64,000 nucleotides of DNA, taken from NCBI GenBank assembly GCA_050123415.1, contig JASFHE010000001.1, positions 10,607-74,606 of the forward strand, in the 5' to 3' direction. This DNA is from Desulfobacteraceae bacterium. GTDB taxonomy: Bacteria > Desulfobacterota > DSM-4660 > Desulfatiglandales > HGW-15. How positions within the stretch are numbered: the first letter of the stretch is position 1; each line of letters begins with the position of its first letter. Shown one piece after another: positions 1-9,087 of the stretch. Below the pieces are notes generated by a model, which was given only the letters and a program-made list of their open reading frames with translations, ran no database searches and was not told the origin of the DNA. Both the position numbers and the translations under genes were made by a program.

Positions 1-2
1 GC

Positions 3-863
3 CGTATAAGAACCGTAGCCGAAAGGACCGATAAATGGTTATTGGCCCGGCAGCGGAAACATGTCAAGATGGTAGAGAAAAGCGTGGAGAACTTGCAAAA
101 CAAGATTATAAACTCCGTGCAAACACTCTCTACCAAGCGAGGACAGCTTGAAGGTGTGCGTGTAAATCTAAAGCAAGCTCAGAAAGTACACAAGGATGTT
201 ATACGTCTTTTCGGTGATCAGTTCAGCCGTGACATGCGGCGTATGATTGATGACTTTAGTTCGGTGGAGAGTTTAATTGAATCGAGTTATTCCTATTTAG
301 GTGAGTCAGTAAAATTCACCGGGCTTGACCGTACAACTATGGACATTTTGAAAGATGGTTATTGGAGAGATTACTTGGCGATTGGTGATCAACAAAAAAA
401 TAAAGTTATCCAAGAGATATATAACCAAGTGATTGCCGGAGGAGAATTCTCTCAACTTGTTGGTTCGGTCGAGCAAGCACTCCTCGGAAGTAATCTTACC
501 GGTGTGACCGGGCGCCCGCTTGTAGGCTATGCGCGCCTGTATGCCCGGGATATGATAATGAATTTCCATAATGAGGTGAATATAAAAAAGGCAGAAGAAA
601 TTAATATTAAACACTTTCTTTATGTGGGAGATATTATTGCCACCACCCGACAGTTTTGCAAGACCCGTGTGGGAAAGTACTACACAAAGAATCAAATTCA
701 ATCATGGACTTACCGCTGGGCTGGTAAGAGCGGTCCCGCGTTCACTCATAGAGGCGGATGGAATTGTCGTCATCATTGGCAACCAATAAGACCAGAATGG
801 CTTGAGGGAAAGAAGAAATTAGATGTTGCCGATTGGAATCTTGAGAAAAGAGGGAATGGTTAA
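3..863 (+). CDS. head morphogenesis protein, Mu F / SPP1 gp7-like (5' end probably outside window)
   Basis: The frame is open from the window edge, with no stop between nt 3 and the TTG at 42. The C-terminal TTRQFCKTRVGKYY...GGWNCRHHWQPI resembles the conserved Cys...NCRC end of the Mu F/SPP1 gp7 minor head protein family. It sits at the start of a capsid module. Confidence 0.6.
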   Translation, partial: RIRTVAERTDKWLLARQRKHVKMVEKSVENLQNKIINSVQTLSTKRGQLEGVRVNLKQAQKVHKDVIRLFGDQFSRDMRRMIDDFSSVESLIESSYSYLGESVKFTGLDRTTMDILKDGYWRDYLAIGDQQKNKVIQEIYNQVIAGGEFSQLVGSVEQALLGSNLTGVTGRPLVGYARLYARDMIMNFHNEVNIKKAEEINIKHFLYVGDIIATTRQFCKTRVGKYYTKNQIQSWTYRWAGKSGPAFTHRGGWNCRHHWQPIRPEWLEGKKKLDVADWNLEKRGNG

Positions 864-1357
864 TGAGACTTGATAATTTGACAGATGGAAGGGTTCATCC
901 TTCGGATGGTGGTGTAAATGATCATCATGCTGCTCCGATTTCTGTTGATTTCATAAATACAACCCAATCCTTGCCACCCGGGACTTCGTATAACCTTGAT
1001 GTCTCTTTGGGTCGTGATGATTTTCGGTTCGCCCGGGTTATGATAATTGGACCGAATGATTCAGCAGGATTAAATTCTCCTTGGAAAGAGTGTGCCGAAT
1101 TATTAGTGACCAGGGACTCTACCAAGGCTATGGGACATAGTATTTCGAACGCTGGTCAAAAGAAAGTTTATGCGTCCACTTATTCGAAGCAGAATTCGGA
1201 TTCATATTTAACTCACAAGATTTTCAATGCTGGGGTCGGTGATTATATTGCCGTGGAAAATGCAGTATTAACCGGCAGTGTTCTTCGGTTAACCTTCCGA
1301 AGTTTTTACGGTGGCTCAATGACCCTGAATGTTCGGGGTCAAGCTTTGTTATGGTAG
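863..1357 (+). CDS. virion-module protein, DxHH paralog 1 of 3
   Basis: The ATG overlaps the upstream stop (TAATG). N-terminus MRLDN...GVNDHHAAP; about 165 aa. Shares length, the N-terminal M(R/K)L...D-x-HH motif and the SYL(T/S) motif with the next two ORFs. Confidence 0.6.
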   Translation: MRLDNLTDGRVHPSDGGVNDHHAAPISVDFINTTQSLPPGTSYNLDVSLGRDDFRFARVMIIGPNDSAGLNSPWKECAELLVTRDSTKAMGHSISNAGQKKVYASTYSKQNSDSYLTHKIFNAGVGDYIAVENAVLTGSVLRLTFRSFYGGSMTLNVRGQALLW

Positions 1358-1363
1358 GTGATC

Positions 1364-1855
1364 ATGAAACTTGATGCAAATAGAAAAATTACTGACCATG
1401 ATTTAATGACTGGTATTGGAGAAGATGATCACCATAACCGGGGAACATCAGTTAAGGTTTTGATCAACTCCCAGTCAATATCTGCTCAATCTGCTTATGA
1501 AGTTCGGATCGATCTGGGAGCCAGTGGTTATCGGACATTCCGTGTTTTGTTACGGGGCAGTAGTAATGTTGATATCCAAGGTCACACCGGGGTTTTTGTA
1601 ATTGCCGGCGGGGCAAGCGAAGATTGCTCCGGAATTGGGATTGAACCCTATGGAGCAGCAGAGTATACAATTTCATATATGGGGGCTTATTCTCGGATTC
1701 ACGGAGACTCTTATTTATCTCCGATCGGTACCTTCGGTACAAATATAGCATTACGGGATGCCTATATCGATGATAACGAGGCGGTCCTTGAATTTTATAA
1801 TGCGTCAGTATCTACCCAGGATTTAAAAGTTTACGGGACATTAGTGGTGAAATAA
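1364..1855 (+). CDS. virion-module protein, DxHH paralog 2 of 3
   Basis: The track ORF starts at GTG 1358. ATG 1364 gives MKLDAN..., which aligns with the MRLDN/MRLKE N-termini of the paralogs. Motifs GEDDHHNRG and GDSYLSP. Confidence 0.6.
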   Translation: MKLDANRKITDHDLMTGIGEDDHHNRGTSVKVLINSQSISAQSAYEVRIDLGASGYRTFRVLLRGSSNVDIQGHTGVFVIAGGASEDCSGIGIEPYGAAEYTISYMGAYSRIHGDSYLSPIGTFGTNIALRDAYIDDNEAVLEFYNASVSTQDLKVYGTLVVK

Positions 1856-2379
1856 TGAGATTAAAAGAGTATAGGGAACATCCAGCAACACATGCAGCTT
1901 TGTCTAATGTTGGAATCGATCAACACCATGATCGTCCAGAGAATATTGAGGTTTCTAATACTTCTCTATTGGTTTATCCATTGCCGTCCGGGCCTTATAC
2001 ATGGGATATATCGGTCCCTTTGAATGCTAAGGTTGTTAAGTTTTCTTTTCGAAGCAATCATACGGTCGCCGAGGGAGGTGGTAAAGCCGGAGTTCATGGG
2101 ATAGCAACAAGAAATCAATTCGAAACAACTGTATTTTCTTTGGGTGGTCATGGCACAACTTCAATTACTTCTTACAATGCGGTTTATTCTAAAGTTGCCT
2201 CGGCTACGAATCTATCCCATAAGGTCTTTTCTCAAGCGGATACCGAAAGTGTCTGCCTAACAGATGCTTATCTAACATTAATATCTGGAACCGAAAGAGT
2301 TCTCAGAACAATCTGGACAAATTATGGGGGATCAATTGAGACCCTGAATTGCTGGGGAGAGGTTCAGGTTATCGGATGA
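1855..2379 (+). CDS. virion-module protein, DxHH paralog 3 of 3
   Basis: TAATG overlap with the upstream gene. MRLKEY...GIDQHHDRP and a C-terminal L..WGEVQV pattern, as in the paralogs. Confidence 0.6.
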   Translation: MRLKEYREHPATHAALSNVGIDQHHDRPENIEVSNTSLLVYPLPSGPYTWDISVPLNAKVVKFSFRSNHTVAEGGGKAGVHGIATRNQFETTVFSLGGHGTTSITSYNAVYSKVASATNLSHKVFSQADTESVCLTDAYLTLISGTERVLRTIWTNYGGSIETLNCWGEVQVIG

Positions 2380-3608
2380 AAGATAAATTAAAAGTATTGG
2401 CAATTTGTCAGGAAGATCCTGAATGGTTACTTGGAGGTATGGGTCGGCATCTACAAGAACTTTATAAAGCTATGGCCAAAAGGGAAGATGTTTCGGTGGA
2501 TTTATTAGTAGGAGGTCCATCTCATATCTCCTATGAATACAACGGTTTCCAAAAACACCATAGCCACAAATTATTGTGCTACAAACCGAAGGCAGCAAAT
2601 ATGGCAAGTCTCCTTATTACTGATATACAGCTTGCCACAACCCTAATGAAGTTAATTGCTGATGGGAATCGATGGGACCTTATTCATGTTCATGAATGGA
2701 ACTCAATCCAGGTTGCCCGTATGGCTCGGGAAGCATTGGATATTCCAATGGTGGGTACAATGCATCTTTGTATCACAAAGTTGATGGAAGAAGCTCACCA
2801 GGATCCGACGAAATTACGGGAACCGGATATCTATTTAATGCAACAGGAGGGTCATTTGATTGTGGATGTTGATGAATTAATTCTTTGTTCGCAGGCTTAT
2901 ATTGATATGGCCAGAAGAACATTCATGACCGACCGCCCAATCAACCTAATTTACAACGGCATTGATATGAAGAAGTGGAGTAAAGATAACGAGGCAGGGA
3001 TTGAAGTAAAAAAACATCTTTCAATTTGTACAGATAAACCAATCGCCTTGTATGTCGGTCGTATTGCTGAGATGAAGGGGATTCGTGATCTCCTTAAAGC
3101 AATAGAAATATGGGATGACTGTCCCTATATGTTTGTTTTGGCAGGCGAAGTTAACGCAAATAGTGAAGCGGATAGAGAAAATTGGGACGTAACAAGAAAA
3201 ATCAAAGAACTTGAAGAAATATGTCCTCAAAGAATACGGTGGGTAGGATTTCAAAACGACGATGATCTTAGAGGTCTTTATTCGCTTGCAGAAATAGGAA
3301 TTATGCCGTCTGTCCATGAACCATTTGGGATAGTTGCACTTGAATTTATGGCAACTGGTGTACCACTTATTTGTACCGAAGTTGGAGGTCTCGGTGAAAT
3401 AGTAATTGATGAAAATGGTAATGAATATGCGTTTATCATTGATCCTTGTTCTCCAGATCAGATAATAGAAGCTGCTAAACACCTACGTGATAATACTTGC
3501 GCGAAAGAGGAGCTGTGTAGAAATGGAATCAAGAGAACAACAAAGTTTACTTGGGAATGTGCAGCAGAACAAACAGTTGCGCTCTACAGAAAAACAATTT
3601 CAAAATAA
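2376..3608 (+). CDS. GT-B fold glycosyltransferase (GT4-like)
   Basis: ATG 2376 overlaps the upstream TGA (ATGA). The C-terminal HEPFGIVALEFMATGVPLICTEVGGLGEIV is the E-x-FG...E...G-x-P signature of group-1/GT4 glycosyltransferases. The N-terminal GGMGRH is glycine-rich. Confidence 0.75.
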   Translation: MKDKLKVLAICQEDPEWLLGGMGRHLQELYKAMAKREDVSVDLLVGGPSHISYEYNGFQKHHSHKLLCYKPKAANMASLLITDIQLATTLMKLIADGNRWDLIHVHEWNSIQVARMAREALDIPMVGTMHLCITKLMEEAHQDPTKLREPDIYLMQQEGHLIVDVDELILCSQAYIDMARRTFMTDRPINLIYNGIDMKKWSKDNEAGIEVKKHLSICTDKPIALYVGRIAEMKGIRDLLKAIEIWDDCPYMFVLAGEVNANSEADRENWDVTRKIKELEEICPQRIRWVGFQNDDDLRGLYSLAEIGIMPSVHEPFGIVALEFMATGVPLICTEVGGLGEIVIDENGNEYAFIIDPCSPDQIIEAAKHLRDNTCAKEELCRNGIKRTTKFTWECAAEQTVALYRKTISK

Positions 3609-3621
3609 GGAGAAATTGAAA

Positions 3622-4128
3622 ATGTCTTTAAAGCCTTTGGTTCTTGCGACTCCTTACAGCTCGGTATCGCTTGATCACGTAAAAATAGCAAGATATCTTT
3701 TGGAAGATAACGATACATCAGGGCAACATTGGGTTGAAATATGGGTTATCCTTGGATATTTGGCAACTCCTGGCGATGAAAGCACATTTATTCAACATGT
3801 TCATCCAATTTCTGGAGACGCCGCCTTTGGATATATGAAATTCGAAGATGGATTTCATCCATTAAATCCATCTACAGCTCTTGGAAAATGTGATGATTGC
3901 GGAACTTGGTATCAACAAACTTCTGGTGATTGCACGGAGCAAGGATGTAATGGTTCCATAGAACCTTATGATGGATATACAAGAATTATGGATGAAAATC
4001 CTCGCGGCCCCGGCGGCGCATTTGAAAAAACATATAATGCAATTCAATATTTTTTAATCAATGAGGCTGTTCCAAACCCCAATACATGGGTAGAAGAACC
4101 GATTATAGATGGTATGGAGTGGACATAA
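3622..4128 (+). CDS. hypothetical virion-module protein with Cys cluster
   Basis: AAGGAG lies 9 nt upstream of ATG 3622; the track ORF 3487 start overlaps the GT gene. Cys cluster CDDCGTWYQQTSGDCTEQGC. Confidence 0.5.
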   Translation: MSLKPLVLATPYSSVSLDHVKIARYLLEDNDTSGQHWVEIWVILGYLATPGDESTFIQHVHPISGDAAFGYMKFEDGFHPLNPSTALGKCDDCGTWYQQTSGDCTEQGCNGSIEPYDGYTRIMDENPRGPGGAFEKTYNAIQYFLINEAVPNPNTWVEEPIIDGMEWT

Positions 4129-4129
4129 A

Positions 4130-4801
4130 ATGGAAACAAGAATTCAAACAGATGAAACCGAAAGAATAGAAGTTTTATTATTGGATGGTTCACTTTCGCC
4201 ACTTACAAGTCTCTCCAATGCTTTTCTTTCTATTCGTCGTGTAAGTGATGGTTATTGGTATGATTTTAATGATGACACTTTTAAAAATTCCGGCTGGACA
4301 ACGCGCCAACAAGTTATGACAGAAACAGACTCAACAAATGATCAAGGAGTCTATCATTATGATTTTGATACTTCTGCCATCACTAACGTTTCTGCTAATG
4401 ATACTTATGAATTAAGGGTTGATTGCGCTTCGGCAACAAATGTCCCTCAAATAGGAGAGATTAAAGTTGGACAGTTTATAGATTATATAAACGGTTCAAT
4501 TTCTTCAAGAGCTTTAGAAGCAAATGTTGAAGGACATGTAACTACCGCATTAAATACTTATGATCCTCCAACAAGATCCGAAGCTACATCAGACAAGGAA
4601 GAAGTACTTGCAGCAATCAATATTGCACAAAGTGATATTACCTTCTTAAAAGATATTGAAGGCGGAAGGTGGAAAATCGAAGGGGTTCAAATGATTTTCT
4701 ACAAGTCTGATAATTCAACTGAGGTTGCACGGTTTAATTTATTTGATGCTGCCGGAAATCCAACTTCGGCAGTGGAAGTATTTGAAAGAAGAAGAATATA
4801 A
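4130..4801 (+). CDS. hypothetical virion-module protein
   Basis: ATG 4130 lies one nt after the upstream TAA. No recognisable motif. Confidence 0.5.
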   Translation: METRIQTDETERIEVLLLDGSLSPLTSLSNAFLSIRRVSDGYWYDFNDDTFKNSGWTTRQQVMTETDSTNDQGVYHYDFDTSAITNVSANDTYELRVDCASATNVPQIGEIKVGQFIDYINGSISSRALEANVEGHVTTALNTYDPPTRSEATSDKEEVLAAINIAQSDITFLKDIEGGRWKIEGVQMIFYKSDNSTEVARFNLFDAAGNPTSAVEVFERRRI

Positions 4802-4802
4802 C

Positions 4803-5096
4803 ATGCAGACAATTATTATACGTGGCTTTAGTTTAGAAGGTGGCCACCAGAAGATTATAACCAGGGGTTATGGTTATTTTCTTGATAATATTCAGAAAGA
4901 AATATTGCGTTTGGATTCATTGGTAACCCGTGTTACATCTATTGATGGAGGGGTTTGCTTAAATAAAAGTTTCAATTCGGAAATAATTAATAATTTTGTT
5001 TTGAAATGTGAAATAAAGAAAATCGAAGAACAAGAATCGATTTTGCAAAAATCAATAACTTCCGATAGTTCAATACAGTTGGAGGATATTTTATGA
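4803..5096 (+). CDS. hypothetical protein
   Basis: ATG 4803 lies directly after the upstream TAA. Its stop overlaps the next ATG (ATGA). Confidence 0.45.
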   Translation: MQTIIIRGFSLEGGHQKIITRGYGYFLDNIQKEILRLDSLVTRVTSIDGGVCLNKSFNSEIINNFVLKCEIKKIEEQESILQKSITSDSSIQLEDIL

Positions 5097-5383
5097 CAAC
5101 GACAACCGTTTTTGTTAATGATGTTGGAACAATTATCCGTCTCGATACCGGTGTTGATATATCAAACGCCACGGAGACGGTTATTGTAATGAGAAAACCA
5201 GATAAAACAACAGTGGAGTTAAGCGCCACTATTTATGATACAACCACTTTACAATATATTACCGTTGATGGGGATATTAGTGCTGCTGGTACCTATAAAG
5301 TTCAGGCAAAGGTTGTTACACCTGATTGGAGTGGGCGTGGATCAATAGCTACGTTTAATGTTTTGTCTGGGCTTTCAGACTAA
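5093..5383 (+). CDS. small beta-rich protein, possible Ig-like decoration domain
   Basis: 96 aa. The pattern IIRLDTGVDISNATETVIVMRKPDKTTVELSAT...GTYKVQAKV resembles Ig-like/BppU-N-type phage surface domains. Judged by eye only. Confidence 0.35.
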   Translation: MTTTTVFVNDVGTIIRLDTGVDISNATETVIVMRKPDKTTVELSATIYDTTTLQYITVDGDISAAGTYKVQAKVVTPDWSGRGSIATFNVLSGLSD

Positions 5384-5396
5384 GGAGGAAGTAATT

Positions 5397-5876
5397 ATGT
5401 ATTACAAACCTAAACATTTTGTTGTAGAAGAGATATTTCCTCCAGGAATTATTGCCGAACATAACTCTATTGGTAAACTTGATCAGATTTGGAGACTTAT
5501 GGATTGGAGAGTCCTTTGGACACAAGATCAACTCCGAGAGAGATATGGTTCAATGATTTGTAACGATTATTTGTGGGGCGGTAGTAATCAATACCGTGTC
5601 TACCGCCCGGCAATTGGTTTGATTGACTGGGATTATTTCAGAAGATTCCGGGAAGTCAAAGCTAAATGGTCTTCTTTTACTTCTCAGCACTGTTTTGGAC
5701 GTGCAAGTGATAGTAAGTTTAAGAAGGTAACAACGGAAGAAGTGCGCCAGGATATCAAAAGGAATCCGGACCACGAAGCATTTAGGTATATTACTGCTGT
5801 TGAGGATAAGGTCTCCTGGCTACATTTCGATACCCGCTCATGGAATCGAACCGAGAGCGGAATACTTTTTTTCTAA
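5397..5876 (+). CDS. peptidase M15-like cell wall hydrolase (D-Ala-D-Ala carboxypeptidase / L-Ala-D-Glu peptidase fold)
   Basis: AAGGAGG lies 8 nt upstream of ATG 5397. SQHCFGRASD (H-x-x-G-x-A-x-D) and WLHFD (H-x-D) match the zinc ligand motifs of the peptidase M15 family. Confidence 0.65.
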   Translation: MYYKPKHFVVEEIFPPGIIAEHNSIGKLDQIWRLMDWRVLWTQDQLRERYGSMICNDYLWGGSNQYRVYRPAIGLIDWDYFRRFREVKAKWSSFTSQHCFGRASDSKFKKVTTEEVRQDIKRNPDHEAFRYITAVEDKVSWLHFDTRSWNRTESGILFF

Positions 5877-5989
5877 GGAGGTGATGTTTGAATTGTCTAT
5901 TGGTAAGAACTTTAAACGGCTTGAGGAAACTCTGGATAGAGAAGTACTCCGGCCATAACGAGCCTGGATGGGCCAAGGAGTAAAAAACT

Positions 5990-6871
5990 ATGACATGGAA
6001 ACTAAAGACAGACCCCGAAAACAATGACGCCCCGGTGATTGACGACCAAGGTCGAATTGTTTACATCGATCCCGATGGCAAAGAACTGCCGCTTGATCCG
6101 CCGCAGATGTATAACAAGATATCCGAATTGGGTAAAGAAAATCAGACCCATCGAACAAAGCACGAAGAGGTGGTAAAGAAATTCGAAGCCTTCAAGGATA
6201 TCGAAGACATTGCCAAGTGGAAGGAAGAGGCAGACAAAGCCTTGGAAGCCGTCGCCAACTTCAACGACAAAGACTGGATGAAGGCCGAGAAGGTAGATAG
6301 CATGAAGAAGCAGATTACCGATGCCTATGAACAGAAATTGAAAGATAAGGATAAAGGTATTGGTGATTTGAAGACTGAGCACCAACTGGCCATCGAGAAG
6401 TTGAATCAGCAAATCAGGCGGCTGCTTGTCTCCAATAAATTCGCCGTATCGAAATACTTCTCCGGCGGCGGGGACAAATCAGTCACCATTCTGCCTTCAA
6501 ACATTGCCGAAGACCATTTTGGAAAATACTTCCAAGTGGAAGAAGGAAACGACGGCATGCCGACTATCAAGGCACTTTATGCTAATGGCGATCCGGTTTT
6601 ATCAAAGGTCAATCCTGGAGAGCCCGCGGACTTCGAAGAAGCCATCGGGTTGATCATCGATCAATATCCAGGGAAGGAGTCAATTCTCCGCGGTACTTCC
6701 GGTGGTTCCGGAGGCGGCGGAGGCGGTGGCGAAGATGAAACAGGGGATTCTGGCGACCTCGCTAAACTGAAAAAGCAGTACGCCGAAGCCCAAACAGCAG
6801 GTAATTCACGGCTTTGTGTTACCCTCAAAAATCGAATCTTCGAATTGGAGAGGAAACTAAAAGCTGCATAA
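5990..6871 (+). CDS. capsid scaffolding protein (putative)
   Basis: Lies immediately upstream of the major capsid gene. Charged and Lys/Glu-rich with a predicted coiled coil, plus a Gly run (GGSGGGGGGGEDE). Confidence 0.5.
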   Translation: MTWKLKTDPENNDAPVIDDQGRIVYIDPDGKELPLDPPQMYNKISELGKENQTHRTKHEEVVKKFEAFKDIEDIAKWKEEADKALEAVANFNDKDWMKAEKVDSMKKQITDAYEQKLKDKDKGIGDLKTEHQLAIEKLNQQIRRLLVSNKFAVSKYFSGGGDKSVTILPSNIAEDHFGKYFQVEEGNDGMPTIKALYANGDPVLSKVNPGEPADFEEAIGLIIDQYPGKESILRGTSGGSGGGGGGGEDETGDSGDLAKLKKQYAEAQTAGNSRLCVTLKNRIFELERKLKAA

Positions 6872-6922
6872 CCTCTAAATGGGCGGCTGGTAGTACTGCG
6901 GAAAACAAGGAGAATAAACACC

Positions 6923-7885
6923 ATGGCAAATACGAACAATCCAGCAACTATGTGGAACTGTCCGAACTATACCGGTGAACTTTACATGATTGGCGCGAAT
7001 CAAACGCCTTTCTTGAATATGATCGGTGGGCTCCAGGGCGGTCTCGTTCGGACCGTATCTTCGTTTGAATTCCCGTTGGCTCAACCGTGGGCCCTTGAAT
7101 CCGCTTCACAACCCGAGGTTACGGAAACTGCTTCTCTTACGGCGCCCGATCCGTGGACTTATGTTCGCGGTCAGGATACAAACACTGTACAGATCTTCCA
7201 TCGTGCGGTGACCGTATCTTATGCCAAGCAGTCCGTGACGGGAGCAATCGTGGCCGATGCAACCACTGGCCTGGTTGATAAAAACGAAAATCAGCCGGTT
7301 CAAAATGAGAAAGACTTCCAAATCACTGCGCATATGCGTCAAATTGCTGTGAATGCGGATTACACCTTTCTCAACGGTGCCTATCAGAAAGCCACAGATT
7401 CGGGAACGGCTGCCAAATCCCGTGGTATCATCACCGCCTGTGTGACCAACAGTGTGAACGCGAATTCCGCCGCACTGTCCCGGACCCTGATCAACCAGTT
7501 GATCCGGACAATGGCCAACAACGGTGCCGAGTTCATGAACCCGGTTATTTTCTGTAATGCTTTTAACAAACAGAATATTTCGGAAATCTACGGGTATGCC
7601 CCGGATTCCCGAAATGTCGGCGGAGTGAATATCAACCAAATTGAGACTGACTTTGCTATCCTTGGGGTTGTGTGGGCGCCGAACGTTCCGGCCTCTACCT
7701 TGCTGATTGCCGATTTGGCGGTCTGCAACCCGGTCTTCCTGCCCGTGCCCGATAAGGGAGTTCTGTTCTATGAAGAACTATCCAAGACGGGTGCTGCCGA
7801 GAAAGGTCAGATTTATGGCCAAATCGGTCTTGACTATGGTCCGGAAGAGTATCACGGCAAAATCACCAACCTGGCCACCAGCTAA
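6923..7885 (+). CDS. major capsid protein
   Basis: 320 aa, downstream of the scaffold. The N-terminal NYTGELYMIGANQTPFLNMIGG resembles the SU10-type (DUF5309-like) major capsid protein N-terminus. Strong operon position. Confidence 0.75.
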   Translation: MANTNNPATMWNCPNYTGELYMIGANQTPFLNMIGGLQGGLVRTVSSFEFPLAQPWALESASQPEVTETASLTAPDPWTYVRGQDTNTVQIFHRAVTVSYAKQSVTGAIVADATTGLVDKNENQPVQNEKDFQITAHMRQIAVNADYTFLNGAYQKATDSGTAAKSRGIITACVTNSVNANSAALSRTLINQLIRTMANNGAEFMNPVIFCNAFNKQNISEIYGYAPDSRNVGGVNINQIETDFAILGVVWAPNVPASTLLIADLAVCNPVFLPVPDKGVLFYEELSKTGAAEKGQIYGQIGLDYGPEEYHGKITNLATS

Positions 7886-7934
7886 GTCTTCTTGACTTTT
7901 TACTTCCTAAAATAGGAGAAAGGAGACAGAGCAC

Positions 7935-8165
7935 ATGTCCAGTAAAGACAGGTTAGAAATCAGGAACTGGGTTAAGAATAACCCCGGTGTCCATCCCAAA
8001 TTGCGCGAGTTCTTTGAGGTGCTTGACCGCGACTTGAAGGCGAACAATGTTTGGAGCACCACAACCACAACCACTTCAACTACGACCACCACAACGTCGT
8101 CGACCACAACGTCGTCGAGTACGACCACGACGACCAGTAGTAGCACCACGACGACTACGGAATAG
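7935..8165 (+). CDS. small virion protein: 40-aa head domain plus 35-residue Thr/Ser tail
   Basis: AGGAGAAAGGAG lies upstream of the ATG. The protein is 76 aa and the last 36 are STTTTTTSTTTTTTSSTTTSSSTTTTTSSSTTTTTE. Confidence 0.6.
   Translation: MSSKDRLEIRNWVKNNPGVHPKLREFFEVLDRDLKANNVWSTTTTTTSTTTTTTSSTTTSSSTTTTTSSSTTTTTE
8055..8159 (+). repeat. Thr/Ser-coding tract (35 codons)
   Basis: Mixed ACC/ACA/ACG/ACT/TCG/AGT/AGC codons that encode only T and S. Confidence 0.95.
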
Positions 8166-8195
8166 TTGAAGCAACGGTTCTGGGAGGATAACCCA

Positions 8196-8636
8196 ATGGC
8201 AAAAACAAAACAAAAAGCCAGCGAACCAAAAGCATGGCGATTTTATCGGTCGAATCTTTCGACTATCGTATGGAACCCGAAATCGGAGCAACCATTGGCC
8301 GATTTCACCGCTGGGCACTTTACTACCGATGACCCGAAGGTAGCCCGGACATTAAGAGAACTTGGATATCCTGAGATTCCGCTTGATGCTTCTGAGCCAC
8401 CTGCAAATGTCATTATTAGTCAACCGACTCAAGCAATTGATGGAGATGTACCAATCGTTAGGTCATTAATGAATCAGGCGATTACTCCAACGCCAAGTCA
8501 AGAGAAGGCAGTGGAGAAAAACCTGGCCATGAAGACCCATTCAGTTGGCGGGCCTCCTGCATTGAGATCGGAGGAGCAAACACATTCCAGCGGGATTACA
8601 AAGCTACCGCGTAGGCGGAAGAAAAAGACCGCGTAG
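8196..8636 (+). CDS. hypothetical protein with basic C-terminus
   Basis: GGGAGG lies 8 nt upstream of ATG 8196. The track start TTG 8166 directly follows the upstream TAG in the same frame. Ends in RRRKKKTA. Confidence 0.5.
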   Translation: MAKTKQKASEPKAWRFYRSNLSTIVWNPKSEQPLADFTAGHFTTDDPKVARTLRELGYPEIPLDASEPPANVIISQPTQAIDGDVPIVRSLMNQAITPTPSQEKAVEKNLAMKTHSVGGPPALRSEEQTHSSGITKLPRRRKKKTA

Positions 8637-8646
8637 GAGATAGGCA

Positions 8647-9084
8647 ATGACGTACTGTGTTGACAGTGACCTTGTCAAATATCGCCCGAACATCCTGTCC
8701 CTTGGTGTTGCCTCATGGGAAGACCAGCGGGAGGAAGCATATGCGTTGATCAACCGAGTTATTCAGGCTCGGTGGTATCGCAAAGTTGCGCCGGAGATGG
8801 GTTATGATCCGAATGTTACCTTGTTCGATCCGACCCAAATACGCACTGGTACGCTAACCAGGCTTGAGTGTTTCAAAACGCTTGAGCTTGCTTACATGCT
8901 CATGATGAAAGACTCTCCGGAAGCGGATGGCTTCGAAAGGAATATGAAGACTTTTCGTGACCGATACAATGAGGAATTGGAACTTATACTTGCGGTTGGT
9001 ATTGATTACGATTGGTCGGATTCGGATTCATTTGATGATGACGAATTATATCTTCGGGCACCGCGGAGACTTGTACGGGGGTAA
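8647..9084 (+). CDS. head-tail connector / head completion protein (putative)
   Basis: Position between the capsid and tail genes. The N-terminal YCVDSDLVKY is reminiscent of DUF1320/Mu gp36-like connector proteins. Weak call. Confidence 0.3.
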   Translation: MTYCVDSDLVKYRPNILSLGVASWEDQREEAYALINRVIQARWYRKVAPEMGYDPNVTLFDPTQIRTGTLTRLECFKTLELAYMLMMKDSPEADGFERNMKTFRDRYNEELELILAVGIDYDWSDSDSFDDDELYLRAPRRLVRG

Positions 9085-9087
9085 ATC

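Noticed and set aside
5881-5958. 24-aa ORF after the M15 peptidase gene preceded by AAGGAGGTG
   Set aside because: The SD is only 0-2 nt from the candidate GTG and ATG, which is too close. The peptide has no features. It is more likely an intergenic spacer before the scaffold gene.
7106-7639. 177-aa minus-strand ORF inside the major capsid gene (and 6002..6412 inside the scaffold gene)
   Set aside because: It is antisense to strongly supported structural genes in an otherwise strictly plus-strand operon. It is most likely a chance open frame.
7884-7901. Weak hairpin AAGTC-TTCTT-GACTT followed by a T run just after the capsid stop
   Set aside because: The stem is only 5 bp and AT-rich. It could be an attenuator after the capsid gene, but it is too weak to call from sequence alone.
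7907-8149. Poly-Val ORFs on the minus strand (7907..8149, 10508..10846, 21942..22211)
   Set aside because: They are simply the reverse complement of the Thr codon tracts (ACN read as NGT = Val) and are not independent genes.
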